Shown here piece by piece: positions 48,545 through 60,712 of a stretch of 64,000 bases of DNA. A program made the translations under genes and the position numbers. This stretch comes from an uncultured Alphaproteobacteria bacterium (GTDB lineage Bacteria > Pseudomonadota > Alphaproteobacteria > HIMB59 > GCA-002718135). Numbering within the stretch: the first letter of the stretch is position 1; each line of letters starts with the position of its first letter. Below the pieces are notes generated by a model that was not told where the DNA came from, ran no database searches, and worked only from the letters and a program-made list of their open reading frames with translations. The DNA lies in NCBI GenBank assembly GCA_902623255.1, contig CACNSY010000006.1, positions 21,566 to 85,565 of the forward strand, given 5' to 3'.

Positions 48545-51223
48545 GTGGCTGACGATATAGATACATCAAATAACAACAATCAAGAACCTGCTAATATACC
48601 TTCAATAAGTTTAGAGCAAGAAATGCAAAAATCTTACCTGGATTATGCAATGTCTGTAATAGTTAGTAGGGCACTTCCAGACTGCAGAGATGGCTTAAAG
48701 CCTGTTCATAGAAGAATATTGTACTCAATGAGTGAGTCAGGGTACAATTTTAATAAACCATATAAAAAATCTGCAAGAATAGTGGGTGATGTAATGGGTA
48801 AATATCATCCTCACGGAGACTCAGCTATTTACAATTCTATGGTTAGAATGGCACAAGATTTTTCTATGCGATTAGAGCTAGTTGATGGTCAGGGGAATTT
48901 TGGATCTTTAGATGGCGACCCTCCTGCAGCAATGAGATACACTGAAGCACGACTTGCTAAAGTATCTGAGAAACTTGTTGAAGATATTGATAAAAACACA
49001 GTTACGTTTCAGTCTAATTATGATGACACAACAAAAGAACCCTCTGTTTTGCCATCCCAATTTCCAAATCTTTTAGTTAATGGTGCGTCAGGAATTGCAG
49101 TTGGAATGGCTACAAATATTGCCCCACATAACTTAGGAGAAGTAATAGATGCATCTTTATATCTTATTAAAAATCCAGAATGTAATATCTCAGACCTTCA
49201 AAAATATATTTTTGGTCCTGATTTTCCAACAGGAGGACAAATAATTGGTAAAAACGGAATAACAGAAGCTTTTGAAACTGGAAAAGGAGGTTGTGTAGTT
49301 AGATCGAAGACTAGTATTGAAAATTTTAAAAAGGATAGAGAAGCAATCATTCTTCATGAAATACCTTACCAGGTTAATAAATCAAAATTATTAGAAAGGA
49401 TTGCAGAAATTGTAAAAAATGGAATTGTTGAAGGAATTTCAGATTTAAGAGATGAGTCAGATAGAAACGGTGTTAGGGTTGTGATTGAATTAAAAAAAGA
49501 TGTAGATTCAAATATTATTCTCAATCAACTTTATAAACATACATTAATTCAAACTACATTTAATTCTAATATGCTTGCTTTAAATAAAGGTAAGCCAGAA
49601 CAAATGAATTTAAAAGAAATTTTATCTTCATTTTTAGATTTCAGAGAAGAAGTAATAATTAAAAAAACATTATTTGATCTTAAAAAAGCTAGAGAAAAAG
49701 CTCATATTTTAGTTGGATTGGTTGTTACAAATGAACATATTGATGAAATTATAGAATTAATAAAAAGTTCAAAAGATACAAAAGAAGCAAAAGAAAAATT
49801 AATTAAAAAGAAATGGAAAGTATCTAAACAAAATCTTAATTTCATTCAATTAGTTGAGGATGATACTGTAGAATTAAAAAGTAATAGTTTTAATTTTTCT
49901 GAAGCACAAACTAAAGCTATTTTAGAATTAAGACTCCAAAAATTAACTGCTTTAGAAAGAGAAGATATACAAAAAGATTTAGAAAGTTTAATTTTAGAAA
50001 TTAAAAATTATCTATCTGTACTTAATTCTAGGGACATTCTTTTAAAAGAAATAGAAAAAGAATTAATTGAAATAAAAAAAGAATTTGCAACTGAAAGACG
50101 TAGTGAGATTATTGATCAAGAATACGAGCAAGTAGATGATTTAAGATATATTCAACAAGAAGATATAGTTTTAACTATTTCTAATAATGGATACATAAAA
50201 AGATCACTATTATCTAATTATCGTTCTCAAAATAGAGGAGGTAAAGGTAAAACCGGTATGTCTACTAGAGAAGAAGATTTTGTTAAAGAAATTCACTTTG
50301 CAGATACGCATACTAAACTTTTAGTTTTTTCTTCATTAGGAAAAGTTTATTCTCTAAAATCTCATGATGTTCCTGAAGCAAGTTTAAAGGCAAGAGGAAA
50401 GCCTATAGTAAATTTATTGCCATTTAAAAATTCTGAAAAAATATCAACTTTCCTACCATTGCCCCTAGATGAAAATCAGTGGGAAAAATTTTATGTTATT
50501 TTTACAACTAAAAATGGAATGGTTAGAAAAAATAAATTAATTGATGTTGCTAAGAGTGGAAAAAGAGAATTGAGGGACTCAGGTAAAGTATCTATTAAGC
50601 TTGATGAAAAAGATGAATTAATTGGTGTTAAGCTTTGTACAGTAGATGATGATATTTTACTTTCTTCATCAAATGGAAAATGTTTACGTTTTCCAGTTGA
50701 AAAATTAAGATTATTTTCTGGTTTAAATTCTTCAGGTGTAAGGGGTATAAAATTAGATAAGGGCAATACAATCATTTCTTTAGCAATTTTAAAACATTCA
50801 GTGATTGATATGAGCATTCGTCAAGAATACTTAAGAGCAGCATCCGAAAGTAGAAAAGAAACTTCATCACTCAAAAATGGATTTGAAGAATTAAATAATA
50901 ATGAGGAATTTCTTTTAGCTATAACATCAAAGGGTTTTGGAAAAAGATCATCTGCTTATGAATATAGAATTTCAAATAGAGGAGGGAAAGGTATAACTGG
51001 TATAATTACATCAGAAAAAAATGGTGAAGTTGTTGATTGTTTTGTTGTTAAGGACAACGATGAAATTATTCTTGTTAGTGACAAGGGTCAAATAATTAGA
51101 GTTAATGTAAACCAAATTAGAATAGCTGGAAGATCAACAAAAGGTGTAAGTATTTTTAAGATTCCTGAAAGTGATAGAATTGTTTCTGTTTCTAGAATAC
51201 AAGAATTCGAAAATGATGAATAA
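48545..51223 (+). CDS. gyrA: DNA gyrase subunit A
   Basis: [29 protein letters not shown], GyrA-box QNRGGKG; GTG start. Confidence 0.97.
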   Translation: MADDIDTSNNNNQEPANIPSISLEQEMQKSYLDYAMSVIVSRALPDCRDGLKPVHRRILYSMSESGYNFNKPYKKSARIVGDVMGKYHPHGDSAIYNSMVRMAQDFSMRLELVDGQGNFGSLDGDPPAAMRYTEARLAKVSEKLVEDIDKNTVTFQSNYDDTTKEPSVLPSQFPNLLVNGASGIAVGMATNIAPHNLGEVIDASLYLIKNPECNISDLQKYIFGPDFPTGGQIIGKNGITEAFETGKGGCVVRSKTSIENFKKDREAIILHEIPYQVNKSKLLERIAEIVKNGIVEGISDLRDESDRNGVRVVIELKKDVDSNIILNQLYKHTLIQTTFNSNMLALNKGKPEQMNLKEILSSFLDFREEVIIKKTLFDLKKAREKAHILVGLVVTNEHIDEIIELIKSSKDTKEAKEKLIKKKWKVSKQNLNFIQLVEDDTVELKSNSFNFSEAQTKAILELRLQKLTALEREDIQKDLESLILEIKNYLSVLNSRDILLKEIEKELIEIKKEFATERRSEIIDQEYEQVDDLRYIQQEDIVLTISNNGYIKRSLLSNYRSQNRGGKGKTGMSTREEDFVKEIHFADTHTKLLVFSSLGKVYSLKSHDVPEASLKARGKPIVNLLPFKNSEKISTFLPLPLDENQWEKFYVIFTTKNGMVRKNKLIDVAKSGKRELRDSGKVSIKLDEKDELIGVKLCTVDDDILLSSSNGKCLRFPVEKLRLFSGLNSSGVRGIKLDKGNTIISLAILKHSVIDMSIRQEYLRAASESRKETSSLKNGFEELNNNEEFLLAITSKGFGKRSSAYEYRISNRGGKGITGIITSEKNGEVVDCFVVKDNDEIILVSDKGQIIRVNVNQIRIAGRSTKGVSIFKIPESDRIVSVSRIQEFENDE

Positions 51224-51707
51224 AATTGGAATATATCCAGGTACTTTTGATCCTATGACAGCAGGTCATATGGACATAATTAAAAGATCATTAAGGATAG
51301 TAGATAATTTAGTAATAGCTGTGGCTAATAATATTAACAAAGATTCATTATTTAGTGTTCAAGATAGAATTAATATTATCAAAAGTGATATCAGTTCTGT
51401 AAATGAGCTAAATTCAAAAATTAATGTTACTGAATTATCAGGATTACTTACAACTTTTGCTAAAGTTCAAAATGCCACATGTATAATACGTGGTTTAAGA
51501 GCAGTATCTGATTTTGAGTACGAATTCCAAATGACAGGCATGAACTACCAACTTAACCCCGATATCGAGACAATATTTCTTATGACTTCAGAAAAAAACT
51601 CATTCATTTCATCTAATTTTGTTAAAGAAGTACACAAACTAGGTGGTGATGTTTCAAATTTTGTTTCTAAAAATACTTTAGAGCAGCTTAATAAAAAAAA
51701 CTCTTAG
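51213..51707 (+). CDS. coaD: Phosphopantetheine adenylyltransferase
   Basis: [32 protein letters not shown]. Confidence 0.96.
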   Translation: MMNKIGIYPGTFDPMTAGHMDIIKRSLRIVDNLVIAVANNINKDSLFSVQDRINIIKSDISSVNELNSKINVTELSGLLTTFAKVQNATCIIRGLRAVSDFEYEFQMTGMNYQLNPDIETIFLMTSEKNSFISSNFVKEVHKLGGDVSNFVSKNTLEQLNKKNS

Positions 51708-51757
51708 TTAATCACTTGCGCTTACAATATTTGAACTATATAGAATACAAATTCGAT

Positions 51758-51833
<76 letters not shown>

Positions 51834-51839
51834 TCCAAA

Positions 51840-52022
51840 ATGAAAAAAGCAAAAATTAAAAATATTGCATCTGGAATTGAAAAAAATTGTGATATTTTAA
51901 GAAAAAATGATAACATTCTTGAAGTAGTTCTCGAAGGAACAACAATAAAGATATTGCTTAAAAAAAAGACTAATAAATATATCGGATATTTTAAAGAAAT
52001 GGAATTTGAGTCTGATGGTTAA
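51840..52022 (+). CDS. Hypothetical protein (60 aa)
   Basis: ATG 6 bp after the tRNA; stop overlaps the convergent gene's stop. Confidence 0.6.
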   Translation: MKKAKIKNIASGIEKNCDILRKNDNILEVVLEGTTIKILLKKKTNKYIGYFKEMEFESDG

Positions 52023-52456
52023 ATTTTATTCCTAATATTTAATTCGTTTTCATAATCAATTTGTACTTGCTTTAAAATTTCTTTCTTTGTTTTTACTTTA
52101 CCTTTACCTACACCAGGGCAATTTTTAGCAATATCGTTATTCCAAGTTTTTGTATTCATATTTTCAGGCCAAAAAGGCCAAGTTCTACATTGTATAGGTC
52201 TTGATTTATAAACAGTGCATTTGTTATCTTTCAAAAATATGCAATTTCCATTATTATTTTTTAGTTCCTTTAAGTGAATGAAACCATCAGTTTTTTGACA
52301 ATAGTTTTTTACAAAGTTTTGTTCTGTTATTTTAAATCCATCTGACAATTTTTTAATATCTTTCTTACTTAAATATACAAAACCATAGTTACCTCTTGAA
52401 ACACAACAATTTCCAGAACCCTGGCATTCAAATCTAATACCTTTTTCTATATCCAT
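52019..52456 (-). CDS. YkgJ family cysteine-cluster (Zn/Fe-S-binding) protein
   Basis: FECQGSGNCC, CIFL...CTVY..RP.QCRTWPFW, CPG. Confidence 0.85.
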   Translation of the reverse strand: MDIEKGIRFECQGSGNCCVSRGNYGFVYLSKKDIKKLSDGFKITEQNFVKNYCQKTDGFIHLKELKNNNGNCIFLKDNKCTVYKSRPIQCRTWPFWPENMNTKTWNNDIAKNCPGVGKGKVKTKKEILKQVQIDYENELNIRNKI

Positions 52457-52461
52457 AACTA

Positions 52462-54543
52462 TTATCCAGCAGTAAGTGTTAAAATTGCTGCATCTCTTTC
52501 TTGAAGATACAATAAGTTTCGAAGATTTTCTCCTTCTATGTTTTCCAATTTTGGATTTTTGGATAATATATCTTCCACCATAATTTTAGCATCTTCTAAT
52601 AGATCGTAATCAAAACTAAGATCAGCTACATAAAAAGATGGGCTGCCAGATTGTTTTTTTCCTAAAATTTCTCCTGGACCTCTTATTTTTAAATCCTCTT
52701 CAGCGATTTTAAAACCATCATTTGTTTGCTTCATTATATCAATTCTTTGTTTTGAAATTTCCCCAATATTATCTTTATGTAAAAGTATACAATATGATTG
52801 AATGTCATTTCTACCAACACGACCTCTCAATTGATGAAGTTGAGCTAAACCAAATCTTTCTGCATGTTCAATTACAATTGTTGTTGCAGAAGGAATATCT
52901 ACACCAACTTCAATAACAGTTGTTGAAACTAAAATTTTATAATCCTCATTTTTAAACTTTGTCATTATTTCTTCTTTTTCTAACTCACTTAAACGTCCAT
53001 GCATTAAAAGAACTTTATTTTTGAAATATTTTTTTAAAATTTTGTATCTTTCCTCTGCGGCTTTTAGATCTAACTCTTCAGATTCTTCTATTAAAGGGCA
53101 TACCCAGTAAAATTTAGACGATGAATTTTTAATTTTTTCTTTTATTCTATCAATAAGTTGATTTTCTTTTTTTAATGACAAAGAGCTGGTTATAATTGGT
53201 TTACGACCTAAAGGTTTTTCTATTAATTTACTTTCTTTCATATCTCCATATGCTGCTAAAGTTAATGTTCTTGGTATGGGAGTCGCACTCATTACTAAAA
53301 TATTTGGTTTATGATTTTTATGGTTAAATACCATTCTTTGATAAACACCAAATCTATGCTGTTCATCAATAACTGCTAAACCTAAATTGTTAAATTTTAC
53401 AGTATCTTGTATTAAAGCATGTGTCCCAATTATTATATCTGCTTTTCCATTTGCAATTTCGTCTAATTTTTCTTTCCTTTCCTTACCCTTATCCTTTCCT
53501 GTAAGAACAAGCACATTTATTTTTGAATCTTTTAATAAATTTATAATATTTTCATAATGCTGAAATGCAAGAATTGTAGTAGGTACCATTAAAGCAGATT
53601 GAAAATTACTTTCAAATACTTTTATCATTGATATTAAAGCAACAATAGTTTTTCCAGACCCAACATCTCCTTGCAACAATCTGATCATTTGATTAGAACT
53701 TCCTAGGTCCTGAAGTATTTCTTTTATTACATTATTTTGTGAATTTGTAAGTTGAAAATCTAAATTACTATAAAATTTATTTAATGTTTTATTTTCACTA
53801 GTAATTTTTAAACCTTTTTTCTTTTGATTAAAATTTCGCATAATGCCTATAGCTAATTGATGAGATAATAATTCATCAAATGCTAGTCTTCTTCTGAGAA
53901 AATTTTTATTTTTTATATTATCATCACTTGGATTATGAAGATTTTTAACTGCTTCATTCCATCCTTTAAATTTATATTTATTCAATATTGAAGTTTCTAT
54001 CCATTCATTAAAATTTGGTAAATTATTTAATATTTGATCTGTTAATTTATTCATTATTTTTTGATTGAGGCCACTAGTTAAACTGTATACTGCCTCTTTA
54101 CTTTTGATTATTTTATTATTGTTTAAAGCACTTACATGAGTAGGGTGCGTTATTTGAAATGTGTTTCTAAAATATTCTAATTTTCCAGATATTAATCTAT
54201 TTTCATTTGTTGGAAGCATTTGTCTCAACATAGGATGTCTTGCATTAAAATACACTAAATCAATATTTGTATCTCCACAGATACATTTAATTTTGTAGGG
54301 TTGCCTTTTAAACCTTGAAGGTTCATGTTTAATTATTTTTAAATTTAATGTTACTAAAGAATTAATCTTAGCATCATGAATATTTTCATAGAATTTTCTT
54401 TCAAGAATATTATTTGGTATATTCCAAACAAAATGAATATTCTTATATATACCTAATTTATTAATAATTTGTTCTAACTTTGGACCAACTCCTTTGAGAG
54501 AAGATATTGAAGATAATATGTAGTTTAATTTTTCTGGTCGCAT
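52462..54543 (-). CDS. recG: ATP-dependent DNA helicase RecG
   Basis: LLQGDVGSGKT, DEQHRFGV, SATPIPRTL, QLRGRVGR, DGFKIAEEDL.IRGPGE. Confidence 0.96.
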   Translation of the reverse strand: MRPEKLNYILSSISSLKGVGPKLEQIINKLGIYKNIHFVWNIPNNILERKFYENIHDAKINSLVTLNLKIIKHEPSRFKRQPYKIKCICGDTNIDLVYFNARHPMLRQMLPTNENRLISGKLEYFRNTFQITHPTHVSALNNNKIIKSKEAVYSLTSGLNQKIMNKLTDQILNNLPNFNEWIETSILNKYKFKGWNEAVKNLHNPSDDNIKNKNFLRRRLAFDELLSHQLAIGIMRNFNQKKKGLKITSENKTLNKFYSNLDFQLTNSQNNVIKEILQDLGSSNQMIRLLQGDVGSGKTIVALISMIKVFESNFQSALMVPTTILAFQHYENIINLLKDSKINVLVLTGKDKGKERKEKLDEIANGKADIIIGTHALIQDTVKFNNLGLAVIDEQHRFGVYQRMVFNHKNHKPNILVMSATPIPRTLTLAAYGDMKESKLIEKPLGRKPIITSSLSLKKENQLIDRIKEKIKNSSSKFYWVCPLIEESEELDLKAAEERYKILKKYFKNKVLLMHGRLSELEKEEIMTKFKNEDYKILVSTTVIEVGVDIPSATTIVIEHAERFGLAQLHQLRGRVGRNDIQSYCILLHKDNIGEISKQRIDIMKQTNDGFKIAEEDLKIRGPGEILGKKQSGSPSFYVADLSFDYDLLEDAKIMVEDILSKNPKLENIEGENLRNLLYLQERDAAILTLTAG

Positions 54544-54586
54544 AGATTTTTATAAAATTATAAACTATATTCTATATTCAATTTTT

Positions 54587-54835
54587 ATGTCATTCAATTC
54601 ACTTAAAAAAACGATAAAGTATAGGGTTTCTTACTCTGGAACAAAAGAGACAGATATTTTATACAAAAGATATTTAATAAATCAGTTAGATAAATTTACT
54701 AAAAAAGATCTTGAGGATATTAAATCCATATTTAATCAATTCTCCGATAATGAAATTTATGATTTTCTCACCTCTAAGGTAGCTATCCCATTAGAATTTA
54801 GGGAAATATTTAATAAAATACTTAATGAAGAATAA
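54587..54835 (+). CDS. sdhE: Succinate dehydrogenase assembly factor 2 (SdhE/Sdh5)
   Basis: YR...GTKE.DIL; size 82 aa; conserved alphaproteobacterial position between recG and mfd. Confidence 0.75.
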   Translation: MSFNSLKKTIKYRVSYSGTKETDILYKRYLINQLDKFTKKDLEDIKSIFNQFSDNEIYDFLTSKVAIPLEFREIFNKILNEE

Positions 54836-57800
54836 AAATACAATCGGTCCATCAATTCACAATGTTGAGCCCTTTTTCATTTCTCAGTTCTATCAAAATT
54901 CTAATAAGTCAATTTTATATATTGGAAAAGATGAGAGAGAAATATCATCTATGGAACAAAAAATTAAATGGTTATTACCTGATGTTGAAATTTTATTATT
55001 TAAATCTTGGGATCAAATTCCATACGATAATGTCTCTCCTTCAAAAGAAGTTCAAATAGAAAGATTAAAAACACTTAAAATTTTATCAAATTCTAACGCA
55101 AAAAGAATAATACTCACTACAATTAATTCAATAACTCAAAAAATAATACCTAAATCAATTATTAATTCACAACTTTTTAAAATTTCAAAAAATCAAAAAA
55201 TTAAATTTGAGGATCTTATTAATAACCTTGTCCTCTTAGGCTTCCAAAGAACTTCTTTAGTGCGTGATAAATCAGAATTTTCTGTAAGAGGATCAATTCT
55301 GGATATTTTTCCAAATGATAGATCTAAGCCAATAAGAATAGATTTTTTTGATGAAGAAATAGAGACGATTTTTGAATTTGATCCAATTACTCAAAAAAGA
55401 TTAAAAGAAATAAATAGTGATTTAGAGTTTAATATTATTAATGAATTAATTCTTAATGAAAATAATCTTAACTTATTTAGAAAAAATTTTAGAGAAATAT
55501 TTCCAGAGTATAGAAATAGTCAAGTTTATAATCTTTTTTCTGAAAATATTATTCCATCTGGTGGTGAACAGTTCTTGCCTTTATTTTATGATAATCTCGA
55601 AACATTGTTTGATTATATTAAAGACTATACAATACTATTAAATGACGAATTTAAAAATATATTTGAAAATAGATTAGAAAATATAAATGATTTTTATTTA
55701 GCCAGAAAAAATAATAAAGAAAATTTTTTTTTATCACCTGAATTTTTTTACTTAAATAAAGAAATTTTCCAAAAATATTTAGATAACAATGAGCATTTTT
55801 ACTTTAATACATTTGATAAAAATAATCATATCAATATTGATGTAAATATTATTCATAATTTATCATCAATAAAAAAAGAAATTGATTTTAGTTTTATAAA
55901 TCAATTTTTTACAACTAATTCTAAAGAAAATTTTATATTTATATGTTGTCGTAGTAAAGGAAGTTTAGAAAGAGTATCTAAAATATTACAGAATAATTTA
56001 AGTTTAAATTTAAATAATGTAACAAACTTTAATCATTCACTTTCAGATAATATTCTTTTAACTATTTTGGATATTGAAGAGTCATTTAAATTTAATAAAT
56101 ATATTTTTATTAATGAAAAATCCTTGTTTGGTTATTTTTTTAATACGCAAATATCTAAATCACGTAAACAAACTATTTTTTTTGAAGAATTAAATAAATT
56201 ATCTATTGATTCTATTCTGGTTCATTCTGAGTATGGTCTTTGTAAGTTTAATAATATTAGAAAAATTGAATTAAATGACTCAATCCATGAGTGTTTAGAA
56301 TTAGAATTTTTTGAAAATCAAAAACTTTTTTACCAGTTGAAAATTTAAGTTATGTATCAAAATACAGTGATGATACTGATGGAAATATTATTTTAGATAA
56401 ACTTGGTACTTCTCATTGGCAAAAAAGAAAAGCAGATGCAAAAAAGAAAATTAGAGATGCTGCAAAAAAACTTATTTCAATAGCTTCTAAGAGACTTCAA
56501 TCTCAATCTTATGAAATCAATACAAATATTCCTGAATACGATAAATTTGTTAGCACGTTCCCATATGTTGAAACCGATGATCAATTGAATGCAATTCAAG
56601 ATGTAATTAATGATTTTTCTAAGATGATACCATCTGATAGATTAATTGTAGGCGATGTTGCATTTGGAAAAACAGAAGTAATTTTAAGAGCTATTTTTCT
56701 AGCTGCAAAATCAAATTTACAATCTGTAGTTTTAGTGCCAACTACAATTTTATCTAGGCAGCATTTTATTAATTTTAAAAAAAGGTTATCTATTTTTGGA
56801 ATTAATATTGCAGAAATTTCAAGATTAGTATCATTAAAAGATAAAAAAGAAATTTTTGAAAAATGTAATACTGGTAAAATAGATGTTTTAGTTGGAACTC
56901 ATGCTTTATTAAACGATAAATTAAAATTTAACAGGCTCGGTCTAATAGTTTACGATGAAGAACAAAAACTAGGAACAATTCAAAAAGAAAAATTTAAAGA
57001 AATAGCTCCAAAAGCGCATTGTATCTCACTTAGCGCAACACCTATTCCAAGAACTTTAAGTATGTCTCTTTCAGGAATAAGAGAACTAAGTCTAATTCTT
57101 ACAGCTCCATTTGAAAGGATGGCAGTTAGAACTTATGTTTCACCTTTTGATTCTTTAACTATCAAAGAAGCTATAAAGAGAGAGATATATGGTAGAAAAA
57201 ATGGGGTTTACTTTGTAGTGCCACGAAAAAAAGATTTACCTTTTGTAGAACAATTTTTAAATGATAATTTACCAGAAATAAAATATGTAATCACTCACGG
57301 CCAGCTTAGCCCTAAATTATTAGAAAGTAGAATTTCAAAATTTTATAATCAAGAAGTTCCTTTAATGCTCAGTACAAATATTATTGAAAATGGTTTAGAT
57401 TTGCCTCACGTAAATACAATTATAGTTTACCGATCCAATATTTTTTCTTTAGCCGCACTATATCAATTGAAAGGAAGAGTGGGTAGGTCTTCTAAACGTG
57501 GATACGCATACATTACATATAAAGAAAATGAGTTAAAAGATATTGGTAGAAAAAGATTATCGATAATAAACTCTTCTGATCATCTTGGGGCAGGTTTTAA
57601 CATTGCATCTCAAGATTTAGACCTTCGAGGTGGTGGTTCTATTATTGGTGAAGAACAGAGTGGTTTTATCAAAGAAATTGGAACTGAGCTTTATCATCAA
57701 ATGCTCGAAGAAGAGATTAATTTACAAAAAAGTAAAATTAATTCAGATTTTATAAAAAAAGATAGTTTTCAACCAATGATTAAAATTCCTGTTGAAATTT

Positions 57801-58201
57801 ATATACCTGAAGATTTTATTAACGATGTTGATCTAAGACTTTCTATTTATAAAAGAATCTCAAATATAAATAATAATAAAGAAATTGAAGAGATTAAGAT
57901 AGAATTAATAGACAGATTTGGAAAATTGCCTATTCAATTAATTAATTTATTAAAATTAGTAGAAATTAAAATCATTTGTTTAAAAAATAACATTGAAAAG
58001 TTTGAATTTAGTAGAAAGGGTATATTAATTAGTTTTTTTCAAAATAAACCAAAAAATCCAGAAAAATTGTTAGAACTTTCATTATCAAAAAATAGTTCTT
58101 TTATATTAAGACCTGATCAAAAAATTTTTTATGATTTTGGTGGTAATTTAATTGATGATAGATTTGAATTATCTAAAAATGTGATTAATTTTATTAAATA
58201 A
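54825..58201 (+). pseudogene. mfd: Transcription-repair coupling factor Mfd, split by a 1-bp frameshift at T6 (56326-56331); possibly a sequencing error
   Basis: ORF 54825-56348 carries PYD..SP, RGSILDIFP, VHSEYG. Adding one T restores KLFLPVENL...LDKLG..HWQKRK...FPYVETDDQLNAIQD in frame with ORF 56585-58201 (GDVAFGKTE, SATPIPRT, QLKGRVGR). Confidence 0.9.
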
Positions 58202-59295
58202 TGATTAAATTTATTATCATATTTAATTTTTTTATTTTTTTATTATTTGGTAAAAATGTTTTGTCTTTAGACAAAAAATATAAGCTTGAAATTTTAAAAT
58301 CAAACTTAAGTTCTCCTTGGAGTTTAACATTTATAAATAATAATCAGATTTTAATAAGTGAAAAAACAGGAAAAATTAAGTTATTTGATATTCAAAATGA
58401 TAAGATTACTGCGATAGATCACAACTTGAATTTTATTAGAGATAAAAATTCGCAAGGAGGTCTTTTAGATGTTAACTTTTATAATGATCAGATTTATATA
58501 TCCTACTCCGAAAAGATTGGTGATAAATTATTTAGCCCTTCAACCACATCTATTGCAAAAGCTGATTTTGATTTAAATTTCTTAGATTTTGAAAACATTT
58601 TTAGGGCTAATCCACCAATAAGATCACCTTATCACTTTGGTTCTAGAATAGCTATTCATGATGATTATTTATATGCATCTGTGGGCGAAAGAGGGAAAGG
58701 AATGATAGCTCAGGATGCAAAACAACATCCTGGAAGTATCATTCGAATTAAATTAGACGGAACTTCACCTAAAGATAACCCTCATTACGTTTCAAAAGAA
58801 ACTTGGTTACCAGAAATATATCAAATCGGTGTAAGAAATCCTCAAGGAATGTCCATCTCACCTTTTGATAATAAAATTTATATTAGTAATCACGGAGCAA
58901 AAGGCGGTGATTGGTTTGGTGAAGTAAAAAAAGGTGAAAATTATGGTTGGAAAATTTTAGGCTGGGGTGGAACTAATTATGATAATTCCAACATTGGCCC
59001 CAAATGGTTACCGGGTTATACTAAAGCAATTCATTACTGGGTGCCTTCAATTGCTGTTAGTGCAATTACAATATATGATGGAGAAGAATTTCCAGAATTT
59101 AAAGGATTTGCACTTATAACATCTTTAAAAGATCAATCTTTACGCTCATTAGATTTTTCAAATTTAGATAATGTAAAAGAAGATATTATTTTTAAAAAAG
59201 AAATTGGAAGAATAAGAGATATTAAAATACATCCAGATAATGGTAAAATATTTTTTTTAGCTCAAGATAAATTATGGTTATTTGAAAAAAAATAA
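58201..59295 (+). CDS. PQQ-dependent sugar dehydrogenase (glucose/sorbosone, YliI-like)
   Basis: Signal peptide, PWSL, QGGLLDV, HFGSRI, GVRNPQG, HG..GGD, NYGW, GRIRD. Confidence 0.88.
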   Translation: MIKFIIIFNFFIFLLFGKNVLSLDKKYKLEILKSNLSSPWSLTFINNNQILISEKTGKIKLFDIQNDKITAIDHNLNFIRDKNSQGGLLDVNFYNDQIYISYSEKIGDKLFSPSTTSIAKADFDLNFLDFENIFRANPPIRSPYHFGSRIAIHDDYLYASVGERGKGMIAQDAKQHPGSIIRIKLDGTSPKDNPHYVSKETWLPEIYQIGVRNPQGMSISPFDNKIYISNHGAKGGDWFGEVKKGENYGWKILGWGGTNYDNSNIGPKWLPGYTKAIHYWVPSIAVSAITIYDGEEFPEFKGFALITSLKDQSLRSLDFSNLDNVKEDIIFKKEIGRIRDIKIHPDNGKIFFLAQDKLWLFEKK

Positions 59296-59342
59296 TTTTT
59301 TGTGTCTATTGAGAAAAATTCTTTTTGATTTATAATATTAAT

Positions 59343-59459
59343 ATGTTTGAATTTTTAGCTTTTTTAGTTGGAGTCATGATTATGGGGCCAATTGTCTATA
59401 TTTATTTTTTAGTTCAAGATTTAAAAAAAAGAGTAGATAAACTTGAAGATAAAAATTAA
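59343..59459 (+). CDS. Small single-pass membrane protein (38 aa), not in the ORF track
   Basis: MFEFLAFLVGVMIMGPIVYIYFLVQDLKKRVDKLEDKN*: TM helix plus coiled-coil-like tail. Confidence 0.55.
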   Translation: MFEFLAFLVGVMIMGPIVYIYFLVQDLKKRVDKLEDKN

Positions 59460-59491
59460 TTATTTTAAAATATTAAATCGTTAATTAATAA

Positions 59492-59581
59492 TGGCGGAGA
59501 GAGTGAGATTCGAACTCACGAACGAGTTGCCCCGTTGCCGGTTTTCAAGACCGGTGCTTTCAACCGCTCAGCCATCTCTCC
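59492..59581 (-). tRNA. tRNA-Ser(UGA)
   Basis: Reverse complement GGAGAGATGGCTGAGCGG...CCGGT-CTTGAAA-ACCGG, long variable arm, GTTCGAATC...CTCTCCGCCA; 90 nt. Confidence 0.96.
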
Positions 59582-59674
59582 GTTTAAGAGCTTACTATAG
59601 TTTCAGCATAAAAATGTCAAAATATTAAGTATATATCATTTCCTAATTAACGATAGTTTTGGTATTTTTATATA

Positions 59675-60712
59675 ATGATTTTTAGGTTTGTAATATTATT
59701 TTTATTTATATCATTTAATCTTTATTCAGCAGATTGTGAAAAACCAAAAATGCCAACTGATGAAGAATGGAATAGTTGGCTTTCAAATATTAAAAAAGAA
59801 GCCTTAGAAATAGGCATAAGCCAAAATACTATCTCAAAACAATTAAATAATGTTAAACCACAAAGTAAAATTATTATGCGTGATCGATGCCAACCAGCAT
59901 CAACAATGACTCTAGATGAATATTTATTTTATACAATTACAAAAGATAAAATATTTGCAGGAAAAAATTTTTTAAAAAAACACGAAGATTTACTAAAAGA
60001 AATTGGAGAACATTTTAAAATACAACCTAGGTTTATAGTAGCTGTATTAGGTATGGAAAGTTATTATGGAAGAAATCAAGGAAAAATTAATTCCATTATT
60101 GCAATAACAACTCTTGCATTTGATAGAAGAAGAAGTGATTTTTATAAAAAACAATTATTTGCAGCTCTTGAAATTTTAGATAAAAATCTTGTTCCTAGTG
60201 GAGAATTAAAAGGAAGTTGGGGTGGGGCAGTTGGTATGACCCAAATGATACCGACAACGTTTCTAGAAACAGCATACGACTGGGATGGTGATGGAATAGA
60301 TATATGGAATAGTTATGCAGATGCTTTTGCTAGTACTGCAAATTATTTAACGTCATTAGATAAGAATCCATGGTCTAATGATAGCACTTGGGGCAGAGAA
60401 GTGCTCCCTTCAAAAAATATTTCTTCATCTTTCTTTGATTCTATAAAGCAACTTAATCCCAAAGGTTGTGGTGCAGTTAAACGTAGATCAATTCCAAAAA
60501 CATTATCGGAATGGTCAAAATTAGGATTTACAAAAATCAACGGAGATCCTTTACCAATAAGGGATGATTTAGAGGCTAGATTAATAATGCCAGATGGGGT
60601 AGACGGAAGAATGTTCATAGTTTATCCAAATTACAAAAATATTCTTTATTACAATTGTTCATCATATTACGCTGTATCAGTAGGTCTTCTAAGTGACAAA
60701 ATATCTAATTAG
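59675..60712 (+). CDS. Lytic murein transglycosylase (MltB family)
   Basis: GMESYYG, LAFD.RR, GSWGGAVGMTQMIP, DWDGDG (EF-hand-like), STANYL, YN.S..YA. Confidence 0.88.
   Translation: MIFRFVILFLFISFNLYSADCEKPKMPTDEEWNSWLSNIKKEALEIGISQNTISKQLNNVKPQSKIIMRDRCQPASTMTLDEYLFYTITKDKIFAGKNFLKKHEDLLKEIGEHFKIQPRFIVAVLGMESYYGRNQGKINSIIAITTLAFDRRRSDFYKKQLFAALEILDKNLVPSGELKGSWGGAVGMTQMIPTTFLETAYDWDGDGIDIWNSYADAFASTANYLTSLDKNPWSNDSTWGREVLPSKNISSSFFDSIKQLNPKGCGAVKRRSIPKTLSEWSKLGFTKINGDPLPIRDDLEARLIMPDGVDGRMFIVYPNYKNILYYNCSSYYAVSVGLLSDKISN

Noticed and set aside
54825-58201. Two independent genes (507 aa and 538 aa)
   Set aside because: The intervening 56349-56584 encodes continuous Mfd sequence in the shifted frame, so this is one frameshifted gene.
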